In this document: in pieces, positions 27,163 through 35,959 of the stretch | Layout of the letters: every line of letters begins with the position of its first letter | Position numbering within the stretch: position 1 is the first letter of the stretch | DNA from: an uncultured Eubacteriales bacterium | GTDB lineage: Bacteria > Bacillota > Clostridia > Peptostreptococcales > Anaerovoracaceae | NCBI GenBank assembly: GCA_902790965.1 | Contig: CADAUB010000001.1 | Coordinates: 1-44,345, forward strand | Direction: 5' to 3' | Length of the DNA: 44,345 nucleotides | Program-made: the position numbers and the translations under genes | Notes under the pieces: model-generated | Told to the model about the DNA's origin: nothing | The model's database searches: none | Seen by the model: the letters and a program-made list of their open reading frames with translations, nothing else

Positions 27163-27504
27163 TTAATCAACAAGAATCATTTCACAATCGTTCCAGATCC
27201 TTTCAAGTGTGTATCTGTTACGTGTCTCTTCAGTGAAAAGATTTACAACAACATCACCGCCATCTACGAGGATCCATCCGGTATCAGGTCTGCCGTCCCT
27301 GTTCTTTGGCTCGATCCCGAGTTCAGCAAACTTATCAGCGACATCCTCAGAGATAGCGCCGAGCTGTCTTTCGTTTCCTGCTGTAGCGTTTACAAAATAG
27401 TCAGCGAAAGATGATTTTTCCGCTATGTCTATCATCACTACTTCACTTGCCTTTTTGCTACTTAGCAGATCTGCGATCTGCTTTGCTACTTCTTTGCTTT
27501 CCAT
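27163..27504 (-). CDS. rsfS: Ribosome silencing factor RsfS (iojap family)
   Basis: 113 aa with DYFVNATAGNERQLGAISEDV. nadD-yqeK-rsfS order as in B. subtilis. Confidence 0.92.
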   Translation of the reverse strand: MESKEVAKQIADLLSSKKASEVVMIDIAEKSSFADYFVNATAGNERQLGAISEDVADKFAELGIEPKNRDGRPDTGWILVDGGDVVVNLFTEETRNRYTLERIWNDCEMILVD

Positions 27505-27520
27505 GTTTTCTCCTGTTCGC

Positions 27521-28096
27521 TTAAGTAATAGATAATTTGTGCTTTATATAGTTATAAGCCCGTAATGTGTCCTTATCTATCTGGCGGTATTTATCTGTAA
27601 GATCAGATATCGTATATTCAAGTATCTCCAGTGTGCACAGATCGAGGTCTTTAGCTGCGAGATCCTGATAGTATTTCAAATCAGGATAAGTCCTGTTTTC
27701 CTCGACCACATCCGCAACATAGGTGATCTGCTCAAGAAGAGACATATCCTTTCTTGCGGTAGTGTGATACTTTACAGCGTTCAGGATATCCTCATCCGTC
27801 ACGCCGAATTCATGCTCGAGTATAGCGGCTCCCACCTTGGAATGTGCCAGAGCCGGGTTGCCAAGCAAGCTTTCGTCCAGCGAATACCGCTTGATATTTT
27901 CGTCCATAGTCTTTTCGTCGAAACACTTGGCTATGTCGTGATATCTTCCGGTAAACGCGGCTTTGTCGGCATCCGCGCCGTATATATCGGCCAGCTTGAC
28001 GGCCATCTTCTCTACACCCAGCGAATGCCTGTATCTGCTCTCTTTCAGATTATCTTTCATAAAGCGCTCAAGCGCTCCTATATCGTTGCAGAACAT
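27521..28096 (-). CDS. yqeK: HD-domain bis(5'-nucleosyl)-tetraphosphatase YqeK
   Basis: HD motifs RYRHSLGVEKMA and RYHDIAK. Lies directly after nadD. Confidence 0.88.
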   Translation of the reverse strand: MFCNDIGALERFMKDNLKESRYRHSLGVEKMAVKLADIYGADADKAAFTGRYHDIAKCFDEKTMDENIKRYSLDESLLGNPALAHSKVGAAILEHEFGVTDEDILNAVKYHTTARKDMSLLEQITYVADVVEENRTYPDLKYYQDLAAKDLDLCTLEILEYTISDLTDKYRQIDKDTLRAYNYIKHKLSIT

Positions 28097-28117
28097 TTTA
28101 TCCCCCCTTGTTCAGCT

Positions 28118-28738
28118 TTATTTATAGAGCCCATGCTCCACGATATAACGTTCAACGCCTTTTGTAACGAGCCCGGATATGGACTCGCCTCTTTTGATCA
28201 TTTCTCTGATTTCACTTGACGCGGCATCTACCGGCTCCATGTTGAGCACGTGGATCTCCGCGCCGTAGTTTTCTCTGAAACCTTCGATTATACGCATACC
28301 CTCACTGTCATCGGTATCAGGCCTTTTTCCGGTGATTATCGGAAAGTCCCTAAGGATCTCTTCGCCCTTATACCATTTGTCCAGAAAGAGTATCGAGTCG
28401 AAACCCAGTACGAAGTACAATCTGGCATCTGTGATGCTGTCGAAATGCCGTAGGGTCTCGATGGTGTACGATGCTTCCCCGCCCTTGTTTATCTCGTATT
28501 CTGAAAGGCAGAACGCTTCGTTGAGCGGAAGCACTGTCTCGATCATGCTACAGCGGGCTTTGCCGTCTGATGTCTTGGCGTCCATCTTGAACGGTGAGAC
28601 ATAGGCCGGCATGAAGATGAGCTTGTCCAGACCTATCTCCCGAACAGCCGCATCCGCCAGAGCTACATGCCCTACGTGGATCGGGTCGAAGCTCCCGCCG
28701 TATATGGCGTATTTACGAAGGCAGTTTGAATCGTTCAC
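28118..28738 (-). CDS. nadD: Nicotinate-nucleotide adenylyltransferase
   Basis: YGGSFDPIHVGHV ((H/T)xGH nucleotidyltransferase motif). The start is taken as the GTG at 28738, in a GTGA overlap with the aspS stop. The longest ORF (to 28810) would overlap aspS by 76 nt. Confidence 0.9.
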   Translation of the reverse strand: MNDSNCLRKYAIYGGSFDPIHVGHVALADAAVREIGLDKLIFMPAYVSPFKMDAKTSDGKARCSMIETVLPLNEAFCLSEYEINKGGEASYTIETLRHFDSITDARLYFVLGFDSILFLDKWYKGEEILRDFPIITGKRPDTDDSEGMRIIEGFRENYGAEIHVLNMEPVDAASSEIREMIKRGESISGLVTKGVERYIVEHGLYK

Positions 28739-30492
28739 TTTGATAATTCTATTCCGAGTTCCTCTAGCTGTCCCTCGCCTGCCGGGGCCGGTGCTTCGCA
28801 TACAGGGCACTCAGCGTTCTGGTTCTTAGGGAACGCGATAACTTCTCTGATGCTCTTTTCACCGAGCAGCAGCATTACGAGCCTGTCGAGGCCGTAAGCG
28901 AGGCCGGCATGCGGTGGAGCTCCGTACTTGAAGGCTTCGATGAGGAAGCCGAACTTCTCCTTGCACTCTTCGTCTGTAAGACCGAGAGCCTTGAACATGC
29001 GCTTCTGAAGCTCCTGGTCGTGTATCCTCACGCTGCCGCCGCCGAGCTCGACTCCGTTGAGTACGATGTCGTATGCGTTGGCTCTGAGCCCGAGTATGTC
29101 GGTATCGAGCTTGTCTAGTTCCTCGAGCTTAGGCTGTGTGAACGGATGGTGCATAGCCTTGATATTGCCCTCTTCGTCTTCCTCGAACATCGGGAAGTCA
29201 ACTACCCAGAGGAAGTTGAACACGTTGTCGTCGAGAAGGCCGAGATCATCAGCTGCCTTGCGGCGGAGGAATCCGAGTGAATCATAGGTCACCTTGGATG
29301 TGCCGCTTACGATGAATACGATGTCGCCTACCGAAGCACCGCACTTATCGAGTACAGCCTTGAGTTCGTCCTCTGAGAAGAACTTGCCTACCGAAGAAGA
29401 AATTCCCGACTCATCGTTCTTGATCCACACAAGGCCCTTAGCGCCGTAATGCTTCACTTCGTTTACGATCTTGTCGATCTTCTTGCGCGAGTAAAGCGTT
29501 GCTCCTCCAGGTACGCAGATGCCGCGGATGTCACCGCCATCTTTAAGCGTATTTGTGAACACCTCGAAGCCGCAATCAGCGAAAAGATCGTTCAGCTTGA
29601 TAAGTTCGATGTCGAATCTCGTATCAGGCTTGTCGCTTCCGTAGCGCTCCATGGCCTCAGCGTATTCGATCCTTGGGAATGGAGTCTCTACGTCGATGCC
29701 CTTTACCTCTTTCATCACCTTCTTGATGAAGCCTTCCTGTACTTCGATTACATCATCGACACCGGCAAAGCTCATCTCGAGGTCGATCTGAGTGAATTCA
29801 GGCTGTCTGTCAGCTCTTAAATCCTCGTCGCGGAAGCACTTTACTACCTGGAAGTATCTGTCAGTGCCTGCTACCATCAGAAGCTGTTTGAACATCTGAG
29901 GCGACTGAGGAAGAGCGTAGAAACTGCCGTTGTGTACACGGCTTGGCACGATGTAGTCGCGGGCGCCTTCAGGAGTTGGCTTGATGAGCATCGGCGTTTC
30001 CACCTCTGTGAAGCCCTGCTCGTCGAAGTAGTCTCTCGCGCACTTAACGACTTTATGCCTTACGGTAAGATTTCTCTGCATCTTGCTCTTGCGAAGATCG
30101 AGATATCTGTATTTGAGTCTGAGGTTGTCGTCTACGTTATCGTCATCTTTGATATAGATCGGAGGAGTCTCGGAAGCTGAGTAGATCTCGATCTCATCAG
30201 CGAACACCTCGATATCTCCTGTAGGGATATTGGCGTTCTTCGAAGTTCTCTCCTTTACAGTGCCCTTGATACCGATGCAGTACTCTGATCTGAGGCTCTT
30301 TGCCTTTTCGATAACATCTGCAGGAACATCTTCGTTGAAGGTGATCTGCGTGATGCCTGTTTTGTCTCTTAGATCTACGAATACGAGACCGCCGAGGCTT
30401 CTGGCCTTAGCTACCCATCCGTTGAGCACTACTTTTTTATCTACATCGGAGATCCTGAGATCTCCACACATATGCGTTCTCTTATAAAGCAT
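28735..30492 (-). CDS. aspS: Aspartate--tRNA ligase
   Basis: Class II motifs CFRDEDLRADRQPEFTQIDLEMSF and GGGSVRIHD. N-terminal OB fold. 585 aa. Confidence 0.98.
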   Translation of the reverse strand: MLYKRTHMCGDLRISDVDKKVVLNGWVAKARSLGGLVFVDLRDKTGITQITFNEDVPADVIEKAKSLRSEYCIGIKGTVKERTSKNANIPTGDIEVFADEIEIYSASETPPIYIKDDDNVDDNLRLKYRYLDLRKSKMQRNLTVRHKVVKCARDYFDEQGFTEVETPMLIKPTPEGARDYIVPSRVHNGSFYALPQSPQMFKQLLMVAGTDRYFQVVKCFRDEDLRADRQPEFTQIDLEMSFAGVDDVIEVQEGFIKKVMKEVKGIDVETPFPRIEYAEAMERYGSDKPDTRFDIELIKLNDLFADCGFEVFTNTLKDGGDIRGICVPGGATLYSRKKIDKIVNEVKHYGAKGLVWIKNDESGISSSVGKFFSEDELKAVLDKCGASVGDIVFIVSGTSKVTYDSLGFLRRKAADDLGLLDDNVFNFLWVVDFPMFEEDEEGNIKAMHHPFTQPKLEELDKLDTDILGLRANAYDIVLNGVELGGGSVRIHDQELQKRMFKALGLTDEECKEKFGFLIEAFKYGAPPHAGLAYGLDRLVMLLLGEKSIREVIAFPKNQNAECPVCEAPAPAGEGQLEELGIELSK

Positions 30493-31729
30493 TTACAAGT
30501 TCTTCCCTTCTTACTTTTGTCTGTTCGCCCGTCTCCATGTTCTTGAGCGTAAGATCACCGCTCTTTACCTCATCTTCGCCGATGACGACGGTGTACTGAG
30601 CGCCGAGCTTGTTGGCGTATTTCATCTGGCCCTTAAGGTTGCGTTCTCTGCTGTCCATATCTGCGCGTATGCCCTGGCCTCTTAGCTCGTGGAGGAGTGT
30701 TACGGCGTAGTCCTTAGCCTCGTCACCGATCCAGGTGAGGAAGAGCTGCAGTTTATCCTCTCCGCCAAATGTCTCACCAGCGTTTTCCATGAGCATAATG
30801 AGTCTCTCTTTACCAAGACCGAATCCGACGCCCGGCATATCAGGGCCGCCGATCTCTTCGATGAGGTGATCGTAGCGGCCGCCTCCGCAGACTGTGCCCT
30901 GAGTACCGATGCCTGTACCGATAAACTCAAAAGCGGTCTTTGTGTAGTAGTCGAGGCCTCTTACTATGGATGGGTCAACGATGTATTTGATACCCATGTC
31001 GTCGAGGTATCTCTTTACATCTTCGAGATCCTGTTTGCACTCGTCGCACAGGTAGTCGATCATCATAGGAGCGTCTTTGCAGAGATCCTGATCTTCCTGT
31101 GACTTGCAGTCGAGTATTCTCATAGGATTCTTTTCGAATCTTGACTTACATGTATCGCAAAGGCAATCGTAATTAGGCCTCAGGAAATCCTGGAGGGTCT
31201 TTCTGTAAACAGGCCTGCACTTGCGGCAGCCTACGCTTGAGATGTGAAGCTCAACATCGCCAACTCCCATGCGGTTAAGGAAGTCATAACCGAGAGCGAT
31301 GATCTCGGCATCAGCGAGCATGGAGTGTGTTCCGAAGTTCTCGATACCGAACTGGTGGAACTCTCTGAGCCTGCCCGACTGAGGCTTTTCATATCTGAAG
31401 CAAGGCGTGTTGTAAAAGACCTTTGTCGGCTGAGTCTCAGCGTAGAGATTGCTCTCTATGAAGGCTCTGGCTGCCGGAGAAGTACCCTCTGGTTTGAGAG
31501 TGATGCTTCTTCCGCCGAGGTCGTTGAATGTATACATTTCCTTCTGCACGATATCCGTGGTATCGCCGACGCCTCTGTTGAAGAGCTCGGTAGCCTCGAA
31601 TTCAGGAGTGCGGATCTCTTTGAAGCCGTATTCGCTGCAGATCTTTCTCCACTCATCTTCTACGTAATGCCATTTATATGCGTCCTGAGGAAGCATATCT
31701 CTGGTACCTTTTTGTGCTCTGATTGCCAT
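30482..31729 (-). CDS. hisS: Histidine--tRNA ligase
   Basis: CFRYEKPQSGRLREFHQFG and CGGGRYDHL. 415 aa. SD GGAGG. 11-nt overlap with aspS. Confidence 0.97.
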   Translation of the reverse strand: MAIRAQKGTRDMLPQDAYKWHYVEDEWRKICSEYGFKEIRTPEFEATELFNRGVGDTTDIVQKEMYTFNDLGGRSITLKPEGTSPAARAFIESNLYAETQPTKVFYNTPCFRYEKPQSGRLREFHQFGIENFGTHSMLADAEIIALGYDFLNRMGVGDVELHISSVGCRKCRPVYRKTLQDFLRPNYDCLCDTCKSRFEKNPMRILDCKSQEDQDLCKDAPMMIDYLCDECKQDLEDVKRYLDDMGIKYIVDPSIVRGLDYYTKTAFEFIGTGIGTQGTVCGGGRYDHLIEEIGGPDMPGVGFGLGKERLIMLMENAGETFGGEDKLQLFLTWIGDEAKDYAVTLLHELRGQGIRADMDSRERNLKGQMKYANKLGAQYTVVIGEDEVKSGDLTLKNMETGEQTKVRREELVNAL

Positions 31730-31731
31730 CT

Positions 31732-33114
31732 TTACCTCCGATAATCTATATATAATTTTTTTCTATCCATCATTTCGTCGAAGCGTTCCGAATAGATCTG
31801 GTAATTGCTTACGTTGGCGATCCTTTCTATCCTGTCCTGTTCAGGGAAGTAGACCTTGCCTACCGCCCCCGCTCCGAGGCCTATAATGGTCTGTTTGTCC
31901 TCCATGATCCGTATGTTGTATATGGAGTGCGTGCCCGGCAGACACCAGCCTACGTTTTCAAGAGCACCGATCTGATGCTTTTGCCTGTATATGTAGTATG
32001 GCCTGTAGCCCGCTTCTGTAAGCATCTGCCTCGATAGATCGAGCATGCCGCTTACGGTCTCGGCGTTCTTTCTGTAGTAAACGGGATCGTGTTCTTTGAG
32101 CCTGGAACCCTTCTTTACGGAAAGCGTATGTATCGTGATATTCTCGGCGCCGAGTTCGATTATCTCCGATAGCGACGCTCTGAAGTCTTCGAGTTCTTCC
32201 TCGGGAAGCCCTGCTATGAGATCGGCATTTATCACATCGAAGCCAGTCTGCCTGGCTATTTTGAAGCCCTGCCTTATATCGTCTGAAGTGTGATCGCGGC
32301 CTATAAGCTCGAGAGTCCTGTCCTTCATGGACTGAGGGTTTATGCTTATGCGGTCGGTCCCGTGCGCTTTCAGCGCGTTTAGCTTTTCTTCAGTGATGGT
32401 ATCGGGCCTTCCGGCCTCGACTGTAAGCTCTACCTTGCTAAGATCGATGCCGAAAGAATTTGATATTTTATCCAGCATAGCTGATAGCTGATCGGCGCTC
32501 AGCGTTGTAGGAGTGCCTCCTCCGATATAAATGCTGTCTATGTCCGTATACTTTTGCTTTGCGAGTTCTCCCATGTAGCCGATCTCCTTAAGAAGATCGG
32601 TGAGATATCTGACGTGAGCCTCTTTAGAAGCTACGTTTGACGCGAAGCTGCAATACGCGCATCTTGTCGGACAAAACGGTATGCCTACGTATATCGAATA
32701 TCTGGACGAAGGATCACCGAGGCCCTGAGATAGCTGATAATCCGCGATATCCGCTATCAGAGAACTTTTATCGCGGCTCATAAGGTATTTATCTCTTATG
32801 ATATTCTCCATTTCAGAGACGGAATGATCGCCGCAGAGAGCAAGCGCCGGCTTCAGTGGCCTTACCCCTGTAAGCGTGCCCCAGGGAGGCCTTTTTCCGG
32901 TAAGCCCGCAAAGGAGCTTGTACATCTCCCTTTTGATCTCATCCCTGTCGGATGAGCCCGCCTCGTTTATGAAGAAACTGTTCTCACCCAGCAGATGGGC
33001 TATAGTGGAACCATTATATGAGATGATCTCAAAGCCATCGTCTGGCAGGAATACTCTCGCTAGCTCCATATAGTGGTATTCGTCTTTTATGTTGTTTATG
33101 TAAAACCTATACAA
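31732..33114 (-). CDS. hemZ: Radical SAM coproporphyrinogen-dehydrogenase-like protein (HemZ type)
   Basis: CxxxCxxC cluster motif GIPFCPTRCAYCSFAS after a ~150-aa N-terminal domain. Position between the MBL hydrolase and hisS is typical of clostridial hemZ. TTG start with no clear SD. Confidence 0.75.
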   Translation of the reverse strand: MYRFYINNIKDEYHYMELARVFLPDDGFEIISYNGSTIAHLLGENSFFINEAGSSDRDEIKREMYKLLCGLTGKRPPWGTLTGVRPLKPALALCGDHSVSEMENIIRDKYLMSRDKSSLIADIADYQLSQGLGDPSSRYSIYVGIPFCPTRCAYCSFASNVASKEAHVRYLTDLLKEIGYMGELAKQKYTDIDSIYIGGGTPTTLSADQLSAMLDKISNSFGIDLSKVELTVEAGRPDTITEEKLNALKAHGTDRISINPQSMKDRTLELIGRDHTSDDIRQGFKIARQTGFDVINADLIAGLPEEELEDFRASLSEIIELGAENITIHTLSVKKGSRLKEHDPVYYRKNAETVSGMLDLSRQMLTEAGYRPYYIYRQKHQIGALENVGWCLPGTHSIYNIRIMEDKQTIIGLGAGAVGKVYFPEQDRIERIANVSNYQIYSERFDEMMDRKKLYIDYRR

Positions 33115-33694
33115 ATGGGTTCGCTTTCTTTTCGTAACCTATGGTAGTTGGCTCTCCGTGACCCGGGAATACAACGAGATCGTCGTCGAGCTCGTAAAGT
33201 TTATATTTGATCGAGTCTCTGAGAGTATCCCAGTCGCCTGTATCGAGATCCGTTCTGCCAACGCTGAGTCTGAACAGTGTGTCTCCGGTGAAAATGACCT
33301 CGTCTGTAGCGAAGCATATGCCTCCTTCGGTATGACCGGGAGTCTCAATGACCCTTAGCTCTGTCTCACCGAGAGTAATGATATCGCCCTCTTTGAGCCA
33401 GTCTGTCGGATCAGGGCACTTGCCCTTTCCAATGAGATATCTTTCTTTATCCGGAGCGCAGAACTTGACTGAGCTGTATTCCTGTAGATATTTATTAGCA
33501 GCGAAGTAATGGTCGTGATGCCCATGAGTCAACAGCACATATTTGAGATATATGTTGTTCGCTATGTCCATGCGGACTTCCATATCGTAGTAACCGGGAT
33601 CGATGATCGCCTTGTATCCGGTCGCTTCATCTTCGATCAGATATGTGTTTTCCCCGTATACCCCTTTTGGATAGCATTTGATTGCAAGACTCAT
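33107..33694 (-). CDS. MBL-fold metallo-hydrolase (glyoxalase II-like)
   Basis: Zinc motif VLLTHGHHDHYFAAN, then TPGHTEG and a C-terminal FPGHG. SD GGAGAG. Confidence 0.88.
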   Translation of the reverse strand: MSLAIKCYPKGVYGENTYLIEDEATGYKAIIDPGYYDMEVRMDIANNIYLKYVLLTHGHHDHYFAANKYLQEYSSVKFCAPDKERYLIGKGKCPDPTDWLKEGDIITLGETELRVIETPGHTEGGICFATDEVIFTGDTLFRLSVGRTDLDTGDWDTLRDSIKYKLYELDDDLVVFPGHGEPTTIGYEKKANPFV

Positions 33695-33727
33695 AACTAC
33701 TCTCCGATAATAAAATATTGTTAACTG

Positions 33728-35935
33728 TTAATTTGATCTTGGTCTGTATACCTTGGTAACGCCATCCAATTGCCTGAGACCTGTTTGGAGCCTCTGTATC
33801 TGGTGGAGTTCACTGAGCTCTACCGTGAGAAGAGCGTTTGTTATACCAGGCTCGCTCTGATCGAGATTGAGACCCACTACTTCGAGTTCGTTGTCGTCGC
33901 AGACCTTTGATATCTCTTTGAAAAGACCTTTTCTGGTCTCAGAAACTATCTGTACATCTACAAGGTATTTTCTGCTTTCGCTTGGAGTATCCCATTCGAC
34001 CTCCATCAGCCTTCCCTTGTCCTCTTCTTTGAGGTTTCTAAGGTTGGAGCAGTCTGTCCTGTGTACCGTGATGCCCTTTCCTTTAGACACGTAGCCGATT
34101 ATAGGGTCGCCAGGAACAGGATTGCAGCACGTGGCTCTTCTTATCAGCAGATTGTCGGAGCCTTTTACTATGATGCCGGAATCGGACCCCTGAGCGCCTC
34201 TGTTGACAGTGCGCTTCTTGACTTCGATCTTGTCTTCTTGTTCTTCTTTCTTTTGGTTGTCGGCTTCGTAGTACTCGATAAGCTTTTGACCGAGCCTCGA
34301 TACTGTTGAGCCACCCCTAGAGATCTGAAGGAAGAGCTCGCTGGCGTCTTTACAGTTGAAATCCTTGACTGCCTTCAAGATGTATGAGTTCTTAGCTACC
34401 TTGGAAGGCTCAAAGCCCTTCTTTCTGATGTATTCGTTGAGAGCTGTTCTGCCCTTTGAAGTATCGCTTTCGTTCTCGGATTTTCTGAGCCAGTTACGTA
34501 TCTTAGCACGTGCGCCTGAAGTCTTACATTTCTTGAGCCATTCCACCGAAGGACCCGAAGAGTTAGCTGAAGTTACGATCTCAACGATATCGCCGTTTTG
34601 CAGTGGGTGGTCGATGGTGACCATCTTGCCGTTTACTTTAGCGCCGACGCATTTGATACCAACATCAGTGTGTACCTTGAACGCGAAGTCAAGTGGTGTG
34701 CTTTCCGCCGGAAGCTCCATTACGTCTCCGCCCGGCGTGAATACGAATACCTGATTATCGAAGAGATCTACCTTGATGGTTTCAAGGAACTCGACTGAGT
34801 CATCGGTCTCCTTCTGATATTCAAGAGCCTGCCTGAGCCAGGCGAGCTTTTGCTCGCTGTCATCTGTCCTGCCGGATATCTTGCCCTCTTTGTATTTCCA
34901 ATGGGCAGCGATACCATACTCAGCAACGCGGTGCATCTCGTAAGTCCTTATCTGGATCTCGAAAGGCTCACCGTTATCGCCGAGCACTGTCGTATGTATC
35001 GACTGATACATATTAGGCTTAGGCATCGCGATATAGTCTTTGAAGCGCCCCGGTATAGGCATCCACCTGTTATGGACGAGCCCCAGCGCCGCATAACAGT
35101 CTTTGACGCTGCTTACGAGTATTCTTACGGCAAGGATATCGAATATCTCATCGATCTCTTTGTTTTGCATCTTCATTTTGCGGTAGATGCTGTAGAGATG
35201 CTTAGCCCTGCCCTTTACTTCGTGCTGTATGCCGGCTTCATCAAGCTCGGAAGAGATCTCAGCTGTAAGGGACTCGAGGTTTTTATCGTATTCGACCTTT
35301 TTCTTGGCTATAGCGTCTGAAAGTTTCTTATAGTCATTAGGGTGAAGATACTTAAGAGCGAGATCTTCGAGCTCGAATTTGATGCTGAAAATACCGAGCC
35401 TGCCGGCCAGAGGAGCGTATATCTCGAGCGTCTCCATGGCCTTTGTATACCTTTTGTTGGTAGGCATGTACTCGAGAGTCCTCATGTTATGGAGTCTGTC
35501 GGCAAGCTTGACGATCAGTACTCTTATGTCTTTTGACATGGCGAGGAACATCTTGCGGAAGTTCTCGGCCTGAGCTTTTTCAGTCGAGTCGTAGCTGATA
35601 TTACCGAGCTTGGTAACGCCTTCTACCAGAAGAGCTATCCTTTCATCGAAGTCTTCTACAAGCTGTTCTCTTGTATATGATGTATCTTCGACCGCGTCAT
35701 GAAGGAGGCCTGCGATGACTGTTTCGTTATCCATGCCAAAACCAGCGAGAATTTTAGCAACAGCAACCGGATGTATGATGTATGGCTCTCCGCTCTTACG
35801 GAATTGTCCGTCGTGTAGCCTGCGAGCTATCTCGTAAGCCTTTACAATGGCGGAATCATCATACTTAGGGTTGATCTCGCTGATGTCATGTATGAACTTT
35901 TCTGTAGATAAGTCTGTGACTTTCTGTACAGCCAT
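33728..35935 (-). CDS. relA: Bifunctional (p)ppGpp synthetase/hydrolase (RSH, Rel/RelA/SpoT)
   Basis: HD hydrolase domain (HPVAVAKIL...LLHDAVEDT), synthetase domain (YRKMKMQNKEIDEIFDILAVRILV), then TGS and a C-terminal ACT-like domain. 735 aa. Confidence 0.97.
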   Translation of the reverse strand: MAVQKVTDLSTEKFIHDISEINPKYDDSAIVKAYEIARRLHDGQFRKSGEPYIIHPVAVAKILAGFGMDNETVIAGLLHDAVEDTSYTREQLVEDFDERIALLVEGVTKLGNISYDSTEKAQAENFRKMFLAMSKDIRVLIVKLADRLHNMRTLEYMPTNKRYTKAMETLEIYAPLAGRLGIFSIKFELEDLALKYLHPNDYKKLSDAIAKKKVEYDKNLESLTAEISSELDEAGIQHEVKGRAKHLYSIYRKMKMQNKEIDEIFDILAVRILVSSVKDCYAALGLVHNRWMPIPGRFKDYIAMPKPNMYQSIHTTVLGDNGEPFEIQIRTYEMHRVAEYGIAAHWKYKEGKISGRTDDSEQKLAWLRQALEYQKETDDSVEFLETIKVDLFDNQVFVFTPGGDVMELPAESTPLDFAFKVHTDVGIKCVGAKVNGKMVTIDHPLQNGDIVEIVTSANSSGPSVEWLKKCKTSGARAKIRNWLRKSENESDTSKGRTALNEYIRKKGFEPSKVAKNSYILKAVKDFNCKDASELFLQISRGGSTVSRLGQKLIEYYEADNQKKEEQEDKIEVKKRTVNRGAQGSDSGIIVKGSDNLLIRRATCCNPVPGDPIIGYVSKGKGITVHRTDCSNLRNLKEEDKGRLMEVEWDTPSESRKYLVDVQIVSETRKGLFKEISKVCDDNELEVVGLNLDQSEPGITNALLTVELSELHQIQRLQTGLRQLDGVTKVYRPRSN

Positions 35936-35959
35936 GCGTTCCCCCGTCAGTTATAACTT

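Noticed and set aside
28739-28810. N-terminal extensions in the longest-ORF versions of nadD (MPCMRSTGPGRRGTARG...) and tlyA (11794..11847, MRDRCRIGRGKD...).
   Set aside because: Both extensions run inside the preceding gene in another frame, are Arg/Gly-rich nonsense-like sequence, and are absent from known family N-termini. GTGA-overlap starts give family-typical lengths.
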